Below, piece after piece: positions 43,953 to 52,087 of a stretch of DNA of 52,790 bases. A model generated the notes under the pieces. The model ran no database searches, was not told the origin of the DNA, and saw only the letters and a program-made list of their open reading frames with translations. A program made the position numbers and the translations under genes. How positions within the stretch are numbered: the stretch's first letter is position 1; every line of letters starts with the position of its first letter. Location of the stretch: contig JBILEY010000001.1 of the NCBI GenBank assembly GCA_044351865.1, forward strand, positions 1 to 52,790, in the 5' to 3' direction. The DNA is from Planctomycetota bacterium (GTDB taxonomy: Bacteria > Planctomycetota > UBA1135 > UBA2386).

Positions 43953-44948
43953 ATGCGCCGAACCCTGCTGCTGCCGCTGTTGTTCCTGCCCGCCTGCGCG
44001 ACGACCAGCGCCGACGCGGAGTGGGCGTCGATCCAGCGGGCGCGCCTCGAGCGCCTGCACGCATCGCGCGATCCTGCGGCCGCGTGGGTGCGGGTGCGCG
44101 AACATGCCCCCGGCAGCGACGGTTCGTTGCCGTCGCAGCCTTCGCCCAGGCCGCGAGCGCTGCAGCCGCGGGCACCGCAGGAGCCGACGCCGCAGCACAT
44201 CGACCAGCGCGAACCCGGTCGCACCGCCGACGGCCCGCGCCCGTTCCGTTCGGCGCTGACGCCGCTGCGCGCCGACCTGCGCGTCGGGGCCGGCAACGTC
44301 GGCGTGCGCATGAAGGGCACGCAGATGGACGACCGCGCCGATGCGTGGTTCGGCAAGGCGTCGGTCGACGTCGCCACCGGCTCGGCGATCGAACTCGACC
44401 TGTGGTCGTCGGACGGCGACCTGTTCGCCGGCCGCTTCGTCAACGACGGCGTCGAACCGCAGCCGGCCGCGGCCCGCGTCGCCGGCGTCGGCCTGTTCCC
44501 GCACGTGGTGCTGATGCCGATCGACGGTGTGTTCCGCCTGCCGGTGCGCCTCGGTGCGTTCGGCGACTGGCAGCAGGTCGACCACCAGCAGGCGCGCCTC
44601 GAACGCGACTACCTGTCGTTCGGCCCGCGCGTCGTGCTCGAACCGACGCTGCGCCTGCTCGGCGATCGCCGCAACTCGCTCGAACTGTTCACGCGCTTTG
44701 GTGGCGACGTCGGTGCGGCGTGGTTCGAAGAGAGCTTCCGCGGTGGCGAGTCCAACGACAGCACGGTGCGGTTCGGCGGCGAGATGACCGGCGGCTTGCG
44801 GCTGCAGCTCGGCGGCCTGCGCGGCGAAGCCGGCTACAGCGTGCAGCATGCGATCTACGGCGACCACGACGGCGAACTGTTCGGGCAGGACCGGGAGACC
44901 GGCGTGCAGCGGCAGCAGGTGTTCTTCGGCTTCGGGGTCACCTATTAG
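43953..44948 (+). CDS. Putative outer-membrane beta-barrel lipoprotein
   Basis: MRRTLLLPLLFLPAC lipobox. The C-terminal half has alternating hydrophobic residues, and the terminal motif QVFFGFGVTY is an OMP beta-signal with an aromatic last residue. Confidence 0.6.
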   Translation: MRRTLLLPLLFLPACATTSADAEWASIQRARLERLHASRDPAAAWVRVREHAPGSDGSLPSQPSPRPRALQPRAPQEPTPQHIDQREPGRTADGPRPFRSALTPLRADLRVGAGNVGVRMKGTQMDDRADAWFGKASVDVATGSAIELDLWSSDGDLFAGRFVNDGVEPQPAAARVAGVGLFPHVVLMPIDGVFRLPVRLGAFGDWQQVDHQQARLERDYLSFGPRVVLEPTLRLLGDRRNSLELFTRFGGDVGAAWFEESFRGGESNDSTVRFGGEMTGGLRLQLGGLRGEAGYSVQHAIYGDHDGELFGQDRETGVQRQQVFFGFGVTY

Positions 44949-44992
44949 AGGGTCGCGGGGGCGGGAGACGTCGCCCGCCCGGTTGGAGCCGA

Positions 44993-45008
44993 CGACCGCA
45001 AGCGGTCG
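44993..45008. terminator. Small hairpin CGACCG-CAAG-CGGTCG in a convergent intergenic region
   Basis: A perfect 6-bp stem with a 4-nt loop lies between stops at 44948 (+) and 45104 (-). A second GGGCGGG/CCCGCCC stem is at 44959-44980. Confidence 0.3.
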
Positions 45009-45103
45009 CGGCTCAACGGCGAGGACGGTGGCCGCGCGAAGAAGAGGGGCGCCGGCGATTGGCGACGGCTGCGGCCGGGAGGCGGCAGAGGGGCGAATCG
45101 GGC

Positions 45104-45904
45104 TCAGCGGCGTGCGGCGGCGGGGGCGAACTCTTGCTGCAGTTGTTGGGTCAGGGCCAGTAGCGCTTCCGCATCGTCCTCGCGCACTTCGGCGCGCAGT
45201 TCGCGGTAGCGCTGCAGTCTTGGCGCGGCGGCGGTGGCGAGGTCGCGGTCTTCGGGGCGTTCTGGGTCGTCCTTGCCGACGGCGTAGACGAAGCGGCCGG
45301 TGGGGGAGACGAACGCGGGGATCTGTACGAAGCGGCGCGGTGCGGGTTCGGTGCCGGCGTCGCGCGCGATCTCGGCGGCGAGGAAGAACTCTATGGCGTG
45401 CTGCGGGTAGCCGAACAAGAGGCCGAGTGCGCGGTGGCGGTCGAGTTTGGGCAGCCGCTCGACGACGGCCATGACCTCGGCCGGGTGCGTGTCGGGGCCT
45501 AGGCCGAACGGTGCGAAGAAGGCGGCGTGTGCGTGCAGCAGCTCGGCGAGGGCTCGGCGATCGACGACGTAGCCGCGCGCCGCGCGCTTGCCGTCGTGGG
45601 CCTCGTGGAACACGTGCACGTCGGCCCACAGCGTGTCGTTGCGCCACGGTGCCAGGGCGGCGCGGGCGGCCGACACCGCGGCGAGGTCCGGTTGGTCGCT
45701 GCGCACGTTGCCGTGCCAGAAGCCTTCGCTGACCGGCTTCAGGCCGCCGGCGATCGTGTAGAGCGCTTCGCTGTCGAGCGCTGCCAGCAGTACGCGCGCG
45801 GTGTCGGCGGTCGCCAGCGGCGCGGTTGCCCGCGCTGCCGATGGTGCGGTGGCGCTGCAGGCGACCAGCAACAAGGCGAGCAACGGAGCGAACAGACGGG
45901 CCAT
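45104..45904 (-). CDS. Hypothetical lipoprotein
   Basis: MARLFAPLLALLLVACS lipobox. Third codon positions are G/C-rich. I recognise no family. Confidence 0.6.
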   Translation of the reverse strand: MARLFAPLLALLLVACSATAPSAARATAPLATADTARVLLAALDSEALYTIAGGLKPVSEGFWHGNVRSDQPDLAAVSAARAALAPWRNDTLWADVHVFHEAHDGKRAARGYVVDRRALAELLHAHAAFFAPFGLGPDTHPAEVMAVVERLPKLDRHRALGLLFGYPQHAIEFFLAAEIARDAGTEPAPRRFVQIPAFVSPTGRFVYAVGKDDPERPEDRDLATAAAPRLQRYRELRAEVREDDAEALLALTQQLQQEFAPAAARR

Positions 45905-45998
45905 CGTCGGCATCGGGTGCGGCAGTGTGCCGGCGCGCGCCGCGAAGTTCCCGATCGGCATCGCGGAACCGTTCTGCCGCGGCCGGCACTCGACGGGC

Positions 45999-47102
45999 AT
46001 GCAGATCGCCTCCCCGTTCGTGTTCCTCGGTTTCGCCGCGGCGCTCGCCGCGCAGTCCCTCGTCGTCGTGCCGAACGGCTACGAGCATCTCGAAGGCACC
46101 AGCGCCGCGCGCACGCCGCTCGGCTGGACGTCGTCGCGCATCCAGTACCTCGTCGACGGCAGCCAGCTGTGCAGCCAGGTGGCCGTGATCCAGAGCCTGC
46201 GGCTGCGCCTCGACGGCGGCAACTTCAACGTCGACGCGCCGGTGGCGAAGAGCTTCCAGGCGACTCTCGACGTCTACGAGGTGCCGGTGACGCCGGCGAC
46301 GATGACGGCGACGTTCGCGACCAACCTCGTCGGGGCGGTGCCGACGAACGTGTTCAACGGCACGCTGGTGGTGCCGGCGGCGGCGCGCGTGCTGCCGTAT
46401 CCGAACCCGTGGACCGTCGACCTCGTACTGGCGCAGCCGTTCGTCTACTCGCGCAGCAACGGCAACCTGCTGCTCGACCTGACGCTGACCGGCGGCACCG
46501 GTGACAACTGGCCGGCCGACGGCTTCTTCCTGCACGGCAGCGAAGCGCGCGGCGAGACGACGAAGATCCAGGAGAACCTCGCGTGTGCGAGCGCCGCGGG
46601 CTCGCTGTCGCTCGACGTGCCAGCGGTGGCCGGCAACGGCGTCGTCGGCGGCACCCTGGTGGTCGCGCACACGGTGACGCCGGCCGCTGGCGCCGCGGTC
46701 GACTTCGTCTACCACGTGGTCTCGCTCGACAACCAGCAGAGCGGGGGTGTGCCGCTGCCGGTGTCGCTGGCGGTGCTCGGCGCGCCGGCGTGCCTGCTGA
46801 ACCTCGACCCGCAGGTCGGCGTGCTGGTGCCGACGGCAGCCGGTTCGGTGGTGTGGCCGCTGCCGAGCGGACCCGCGGCGCTCGGCCTGCCGCTGTTCAC
46901 GCAGGCGGTCGCGATCGACTTCGTCACCGGCACGTTCGTGCCGTCGCGCAACGCCTTCCAGGTGCGGCTCGGCGACGTCGTGCCGCCGAGCGGGCCGGCG
47001 CAGATGGTGCACCGTTCGAACTACACCGGCCAGGCGACCGGGTCGCTGTCGCCGACCGGCTACTACGGGCTCGTGGTCGGCTTCGTCGGCACGTTCCAGT
47101 GA
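45999..47102 (+). CDS. Secreted hypothetical protein
   Basis: Signal MQIASPFVFLGFAAALAAQS. The C-terminal module is shared with the adjacent protease (see findings). Confidence 0.65.
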   Translation: MQIASPFVFLGFAAALAAQSLVVVPNGYEHLEGTSAARTPLGWTSSRIQYLVDGSQLCSQVAVIQSLRLRLDGGNFNVDAPVAKSFQATLDVYEVPVTPATMTATFATNLVGAVPTNVFNGTLVVPAAARVLPYPNPWTVDLVLAQPFVYSRSNGNLLLDLTLTGGTGDNWPADGFFLHGSEARGETTKIQENLACASAAGSLSLDVPAVAGNGVVGGTLVVAHTVTPAAGAAVDFVYHVVSLDNQQSGGVPLPVSLAVLGAPACLLNLDPQVGVLVPTAAGSVVWPLPSGPAALGLPLFTQAVAIDFVTGTFVPSRNAFQVRLGDVVPPSGPAQMVHRSNYTGQATGSLSPTGYYGLVVGFVGTFQ

Positions 47103-47106
47103 GCGC

Positions 47107-47134
47107 GCTGCCGCCGGTGGTCGCCGGCGGCAGC
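47107..47134. terminator. Bidirectional terminator-like hairpin between convergent genes
   Basis: A perfect 11-bp GC-rich stem, GCTGCCGCCGG (47107-47117) with CCGGCGGCAGC (47124-47134), and a 6-nt loop. It lies in the 48-nt gap between stops at 47102 (+) and 47151 (-). Confidence 0.55.
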
Positions 47135-47150
47135 CAGGCTCACAGCGGGC

Positions 47151-50141
47151 TCACAGCGTCTGCGTGATCAGGTTCAAGTACGGGTTCGACGTCACGAACT
47201 GCGTGAACGTCGAGTCGACCGTCAGCACCTGGCTGTAGATCAGCGCGCCGACCGCCGACGGCACCGCCGGGGCCGCGAAGATCGCCGACGCGTTGCCGCT
47301 GGCGTCGGTGGTGCCGGGCAGGCCGGCGAACGAAGCGCCGCCGACCAGCAGCAGCGGCAGGCCCGGGATCAGCGTCGGGCCGATGGTGTCGCCGATCACG
47401 TAGACGAACGGGCGCGAGTTGCCCGGCGTCTGGATGGTCAGCAGCATCGCGCCGCCTTGCACGGCCTGCTCCGGAATGAGCGTCAGGGTGGCCGGGACCA
47501 CCACCGGCGCGTCGGCCAACAACTGCACGTCGTCGATCTGCCAGCCGCCGTAGTTGACGCCGCCGTCGGCGACGAGGCGCCATTCGATCTGCACGGCCGG
47601 GTTGTTGTCGGCCATCGGCAGCACGTACTCGACCGTCTGCCAGGCCGTGTCGAGCACGTCGGTCAGTGCGGGGTTGCTCCACACGGTCGTGCCGTTGACC
47701 GACACGGTCGCCTGGTCGAACTGCCCGGACTCGACCGACAGCCAGCGCTTGAAGCGCAAGCGCACGCCGGTGCGGCCGCTGCAGTCGATCGACGGCGAAC
47801 GCAGGAATTCGTTGACGTTGTTCGGATAGCGGCCGTTCGAGGTGCCGGTGCCGAGGTCGGTGGCGAAGCAGTTGGCGCCCGACGCCGCGGTCTGCGGATC
47901 GATCCAGGTGACGCCGTTGACGACGCTGGTCTTGCCGTTCGGATCGCCGAGCTGCCAGTCGGAGGTGCCGGCCGTCGCGGCGGCGGTCCAGCCGAGCACC
48001 GTGGCGTCGAAGTTCTCGGTGAAGAACGACACCAGGTTGCCGCCGTTGACGTCGAACGACCACTCGCCGCTCGCCGGCGCCCGCACGATCTGGCCGGTGC
48101 TGTGCACCGCTTCGATGTGGTAGGTGATCGTGCCCTGGGTGATGCCGGGCAGCATCGCGCGGTAGCCGTCGACGCTGCCGTTCGGCTTCATGTTGCGCTG
48201 CAGGTTGCCGGTGCCGGCGTTGTAGTGCAGGCGCACCGTGGAGAACGAGCCGCCGACCGGCGTCACCACGGCGTTGACCAGGCGCGGCGTCAGGCGCTGC
48301 GTCGTCGTCGTCAGCGGCGTGTGGGTCACGGTGCCGACGACCTTCTCCGGATACGGGATCGCCTTCGCGATCGCGGCGGCGCTCAGCTGCGTGTAGTTGG
48401 GCGTGCCGTTCAGCAGGTTGCCGTCGTCGTCGTCGGCGAGGAAGACCTCGCGCACGGCGTTCACGCGCGTCGTCGCGTCGGCGACGATCGAGCCGATGAC
48501 GATGTCGTTCGAGATCTGCACCGCCGTCGTCGTGCCGTAGGCCGTGCGCAGGCCTTGGCGCAGCTGCCACGCGAAGCCCATCCAGACCTCGCCGGCCGGG
48601 TGGGGCGCGACCGTGTCCGCGTAGGGGTAGACGCGCGTGTTGTTGCCGGTGCGGATGAAGCTGCTGCCGCCGGCGAAGCCGCTGCCGATCACCGCCTGGT
48701 CGGTCAGGTACATCGCGACGATGTCCGCCGTGCCCTCACTGAGGCCTTCGGCCGGCGCGTTGCTGATGCCGCCGTAGCGATCGTCGAGGCCGTGGCCCCA
48801 TTCGTGCGCGACGACCGTCGAGAACGCCATGTTCGCGCAGGAGCCGCCGGCCGCATAGAAGTTCAGCGTGTTGCCGGTGTAGAAGGCGTTGCAGGTGTCG
48901 GTCGTGATGTTGACCGTCGGCAGCACGTTGCTCGCGGTGATCAGCTGCGAGCTGTTGCCGAGCACACTGCGCGTGAACTCGTTGGTGCGGTCGATCCAGT
49001 AGGACGTCGTCGCGTGGGCGGCCTCGAGCGTCGACGCCGCCGACGTCGACAGCTGCATCGTCGTCGCGACGCCGGGATTGACCAGGAACGAGCCGGTCGG
49101 GTTGTTGGTGCCGACGAGCGGCTGGTGGTGGCGGCCGTTCAGCGCGCCGAACGTGATCGTCACCGGGCTGGCGATGTCGATCGTGATCTGGCCGTTGGCG
49201 TTGGTGGTGAAGGTGCCGACGCCGGGCACCGCGACTTCGACGCCGGGCAGCGGCACGTTCACCAGGGCGCTGGCGCCACCCAAGCCGGTGCGCGTCCACG
49301 CCTGCAGCGTGACGACGGTCGGGATCGGCGGCAGCGCGGCCGGGGCGAGCGGGCTCGTGGCCTTCGGCGCGTGCGTGGCCACCGCGCAACCGGCGAAGCC
49401 GCACTCGTGCTTGTCGTTGCGGAACTCGAGCACGCTGCCGTCGTGCGCATCGACGTAGTAGCGACCGATCTTGCCCTTGCCGTTCTGGTCGATGTTGCTG
49501 ACCGCGACCTCCCAGGCGAGGTGCACCGGCAGGATGCGTTCGGCGTGGGCATCGCCCCAGACGACCAGCCGCGGCGCCGCCACCGGCGCCGGCTGGCGTG
49601 CGTCCGTCGGCGTCTCGCCGAGCGCCGCCCAGGCATTGGCGACGGCGGCCTCCTCACCGAGCGTCGGCACGACGCCGAAGTCGGCGGCGATCGGGAACGC
49701 CTGGCTGCCGAGCATGGCGACCACGCCCTTCATGTTGATGCGCACGTCGACGCGGCCGCCGATCACCGGCAGGCCGCGGAAGTACTGGTCGAACTTGAAC
49801 GACCACGTGCGGCCCATGCGGGCGCCGATCGACTCGCGCAGCTCGCTGGTGCCGAGGCCGAGCAGGTCGTGGTGCTGCTGGATCTGCAGCAGCGCGTGGC
49901 GGCGCGCTTCGACGAGGCTGTTCTGGCGCCAGTCTGCCAGCGGCAGGCCGGTGCCGTAGATGGCGCTCGGGGTGCCGGTCGCCGGGTGCCACTGCGCGAT
50001 CCAGTCCCCGGCGTATTGCCGTTGGAACTCGTGGAACGCCTGCACCGGCTTCTTCGTCGTGTCTTGATCCGAGTTCGGATCCTGGGCAGAGAGGGAGACC
50101 GCGAGTCCGAGCAGACTCGCGCCGAGGACGAACATGCGCAT
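47151..50141 (-). CDS. Secreted zinc metalloprotease (FTP/PepSY-type propeptide, HExxH catalytic domain, C-terminal beta-sandwich modules)
   Basis: Signal MRMFVLGASLLGLAVSLSAQ. Propeptide-like FKFDQYFRGLPVIGGRVDVRI and YYVDAHDGSVLE. Zinc motif VVAHEWGHGLDD. A MAM/choice-of-anchor-J-like region runs FFTENFDATVLGWT...GGWQIDDVQL. Confidence 0.8.
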   Translation of the reverse strand: MRMFVLGASLLGLAVSLSAQDPNSDQDTTKKPVQAFHEFQRQYAGDWIAQWHPATGTPSAIYGTGLPLADWRQNSLVEARRHALLQIQQHHDLLGLGTSELRESIGARMGRTWSFKFDQYFRGLPVIGGRVDVRINMKGVVAMLGSQAFPIAADFGVVPTLGEEAAVANAWAALGETPTDARQPAPVAAPRLVVWGDAHAERILPVHLAWEVAVSNIDQNGKGKIGRYYVDAHDGSVLEFRNDKHECGFAGCAVATHAPKATSPLAPAALPPIPTVVTLQAWTRTGLGGASALVNVPLPGVEVAVPGVGTFTTNANGQITIDIASPVTITFGALNGRHHQPLVGTNNPTGSFLVNPGVATTMQLSTSAASTLEAAHATTSYWIDRTNEFTRSVLGNSSQLITASNVLPTVNITTDTCNAFYTGNTLNFYAAGGSCANMAFSTVVAHEWGHGLDDRYGGISNAPAEGLSEGTADIVAMYLTDQAVIGSGFAGGSSFIRTGNNTRVYPYADTVAPHPAGEVWMGFAWQLRQGLRTAYGTTTAVQISNDIVIGSIVADATTRVNAVREVFLADDDDGNLLNGTPNYTQLSAAAIAKAIPYPEKVVGTVTHTPLTTTTQRLTPRLVNAVVTPVGGSFSTVRLHYNAGTGNLQRNMKPNGSVDGYRAMLPGITQGTITYHIEAVHSTGQIVRAPASGEWSFDVNGGNLVSFFTENFDATVLGWTAAATAGTSDWQLGDPNGKTSVVNGVTWIDPQTAASGANCFATDLGTGTSNGRYPNNVNEFLRSPSIDCSGRTGVRLRFKRWLSVESGQFDQATVSVNGTTVWSNPALTDVLDTAWQTVEYVLPMADNNPAVQIEWRLVADGGVNYGGWQIDDVQLLADAPVVVPATLTLIPEQAVQGGAMLLTIQTPGNSRPFVYVIGDTIGPTLIPGLPLLLVGGASFAGLPGTTDASGNASAIFAAPAVPSAVGALIYSQVLTVDSTFTQFVTSNPYLNLITQTL

Positions 50142-50229
50142 GGGGAAGGGATGACTCCGGAGGTCGCGCGGGGCAGCGCGCCTCGTGACGCCGGGCGGGG
50201 CACCCGGGCATCGCAGAGCAGGCGGAGGC

Positions 50230-50257
50230 AGTATTCCGGGCGGCGAGAAGTGGTCAA
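50230..50257 (-). promoter_or_regulatory. Candidate sigma-70-type promoter for the metalloprotease (TTGACC-N16-AATACT)
   Basis: On the minus strand, TTGACC (50257-50252), a 16-nt spacer, then AATACT (50235-50230). It lies about 90 nt upstream of ATG 50141 and is a rare AT-rich hexamer pair in this genome. Confidence 0.35.
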
Positions 50258-50489
50258 CCCCATGGGCGCGATCGATCGCATTCCGGGACCACCCGACCGC
50301 GAGGCGGTCGCTCGCTGCGTGGCGGCAGCTGGCACCGGTCGTTGGCACGGCGGCCGTGGAGCGACGCACGGTCGGTCGCGGCTGGTGCGCCCATGGTCTT
50401 GGTCCGCGGGACCCCGCAGGGGGGCGGCCGCGCCTCGGCCGGACCACGCAAGCCGCGCGGTGCACTGGAGTGGGAGGAGTGCATGGTCA

Positions 50490-51293
50490 TCACCCCATCC
50501 GGTCCAGCAACCGTTCGACGCCGCCTGTCTGGCGCTGCCCGGCCTGTTGCAGGCCGAGCAGGATCCGGTCGCGGGTCGCCTCGGCGACCTCCTTCGCGAC
50601 GTCGGCGTCTTCGCTGCGGGAACGCGCAGCGGCGGCTTCCACGCGGGCCCGGGCCAGCTGCTCGGAGTGGCGGGTGAGGCCACTGTCGGCAGCGCCGAGC
50701 CGCGTGCTTGCAACGGCGAGCGCATCGCTCGCCGCGTCCAGCGTGGACGGCGTGTCGGTCGCGGTGACGTCCCGCGCCGACACCGACAGTGCGTCGCCAC
50801 GCACGTCCGGCAGGGGCAGCTCCCGTTCGCCGCCGGCGCCATCGCGCACGACGACCGGGTCCACTCCCGCCGCGGCACCGTCCAGCAACGGGCGACCGCC
50901 GTACGACGTGCCCGAACCGATCTGGTCGAGCTGCGCTGCGAGCTGGTCGAAATCCTGCTGGATGGCCTGCCGGTCGGAGTCCGCGAGCACGCCCGAGCGC
51001 GCCTGGATGGCCAGTTCGCGCATGCGGGCCACGGTGTCCTGGCTCGTCTGCAGCGCGGCGTCCGCCGTGCGCACGACGTCCCGGCCGGAGGCGACGTTCT
51101 GCTCGCCTTGGCCGAGACCACGCTCCGCCGCTTCCAGGCGGCGAGCGATGGCCAGACCCGCGGGGTCGTCCGCCGCACTGGCGATGCGCCTGCCGGAGGC
51201 GAGGCGCTGCGACGAACGTTGCTGCCGCGCCATCAGGGCTTCCGTCTGGCGCAGGCGGGCATCGTCGTTGCTGCGAGGCTGGATCGACGTCAT
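50490..51293 (-). CDS. Flagellin family protein, minimal (267 aa; D0/D1 regions only)
   Basis: N-terminus LASGRRIASAADDPAGLAIARRLEAAERGLGQGEQNVASG...ARMRELAIQA...DSDRQAIQQDFDQL. C-terminus RLGAADSGLTRHSEQL...SRSEDADVAKEVAEATRDRILLG. GGAG lies ~12 nt upstream of the ATG. Confidence 0.85.
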   Translation of the reverse strand: MTSIQPRSNDDARLRQTEALMARQQRSSQRLASGRRIASAADDPAGLAIARRLEAAERGLGQGEQNVASGRDVVRTADAALQTSQDTVARMRELAIQARSGVLADSDRQAIQQDFDQLAAQLDQIGSGTSYGGRPLLDGAAAGVDPVVVRDGAGGERELPLPDVRGDALSVSARDVTATDTPSTLDAASDALAVASTRLGAADSGLTRHSEQLARARVEAAAARSRSEDADVAKEVAEATRDRILLGLQQAGQRQTGGVERLLDRMG

Positions 51294-51353
51294 GGGTTGT
51301 GGTCTCCGTCCGGCACACGAACCGCGCGAGCAGTCCGCGCCGGGCTGTTGCAG

Positions 51354-51381
51354 CGATCGACAGCGACCGGCAGCCCCTTGA
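51354..51381 (-). promoter_or_regulatory. Weak sigma-28 (FliA)-like promoter candidate upstream of the flagellin gene
   Basis: The minus strand reads TCAAG-N15-GTCGATCG, against the consensus TAAA-N15-GCCGATAA. It lies ~60 nt upstream of ATG 51293. The match is partial only. Confidence 0.2.
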
Positions 51382-51514
51382 GCGCTGCGGTCTCGGAACG
51401 GTCCCGCCGCGCACCGCCTCGCCGATGGCATGGGCGAGGGTCCCGCACAGCGGGGCCGGCGGATTTTCCGCCACCTCGCTGCACCCGCGCGGACCGTTCG
51501 TGGATTGTGGCCGC

Positions 51515-52087
51515 GTGACCACCGTGCGCAGCATCGCCGAGACCGACGTCGTGCGCCTCGTGCGCACGCACCAGGCCGTGGTGTGGCGCTACGTGCGCTA
51601 CCTCGGTGCCTCGGCCGAACTGGCCGACGACCTCGTGCAGGAGGCGTTCCTGCAGCTGCTGCGCGCACCGTTCGTCGAACGCACGCCGGCGGCGACGTCG
51701 GCGTGGCTACGGACCGTCGTGCGCAACCTGTACGTGAAGTCGTTCCGGCGGCCGCCGTTCGCCAGCGCCGAGCTCGACGCGATCGAAGCGACCTGGACCG
51801 GCTTCGTCGGCGACGGCGCGAGTGGCGACGGCGACGGCCGCGACGGTGCTGACAGTGGCGGTGCGAGCGGCAGCAGCGAGGCGGTGGCGCGGCTGCGGCA
51901 GTGCCTCGAGCAACTCGACGGCCGCGCGCGCTCGGTGGTCGCCTGGCACTACGAAGAACGGCGTTCGCGCGCCGACATCGCCGGCCGGCTCGGCATCGGC
52001 GAGGACGGCGTCAAGTCGCTGCTGCGCCGCACGCGTGCGCTGCTGAAGGCGTGCGTCGAGCGGCGTGCGCGGGAGGACGGGGCATGA
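51515..52087 (+). CDS. ECF-type RNA polymerase sigma-70 family factor
   Basis: Region 2 VVWRYVRYLGASAELADDLVQEAFLQLL and region 4 SVVAWHYEERRSRADIAGRLGIGEDGVKSLLRRTRALLK. A Gly/Asp/Ser-rich linker joins them. GTG start, with an alternative GTG at 51500. Confidence 0.85.
   Translation: MTTVRSIAETDVVRLVRTHQAVVWRYVRYLGASAELADDLVQEAFLQLLRAPFVERTPAATSAWLRTVVRNLYVKSFRRPPFASAELDAIEATWTGFVGDGASGDGDGRDGADSGGASGSSEAVARLRQCLEQLDGRARSVVAWHYEERRSRADIAGRLGIGEDGVKSLLRRTRALLKACVERRAREDGA

Noticed and set aside
43797-47012. 1071-aa minus-strand ORF, and similar long ORFs at 42095-44443, 40679-43828, 5698-7665 and 4058-5749
   Set aside because: Most of each is an alternative-frame or antisense translation of well-supported genes. 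Their composition is dominated by Arg/Pro/Ala/Gly, which is typical of out-of-frame reading in high-GC DNA. Only the 3' segment of 42095-44443 (ChaN-like) and of 40679-43828 (SDR) is real.
50330-50348. TGGCAC-N6-TTGGCAC direct repeat resembling a sigma-54 promoter
   Set aside because: The spacing is off by one. It lies on the plus strand, where no plus-strand gene follows for more than 1 kb, because the flagellin gene in between is on the minus strand.
51395-51425. GGAAC motif as an ECF-type autoregulatory -35 element upstream of the sigma factor gene
   Set aside because: No convincing CGTC-like -10 element sits at the expected 16-17 nt spacing. A single pentamer is not informative in GC-rich DNA.
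47457-51518. 1353-aa plus-strand ORF antisense to the metalloprotease and the flagellin
   Set aside because: The translation is low-complexity Arg/Ala/Gly/Val-rich with no motifs. The opposite strand encodes proteins with clear HExxH and flagellin signatures.
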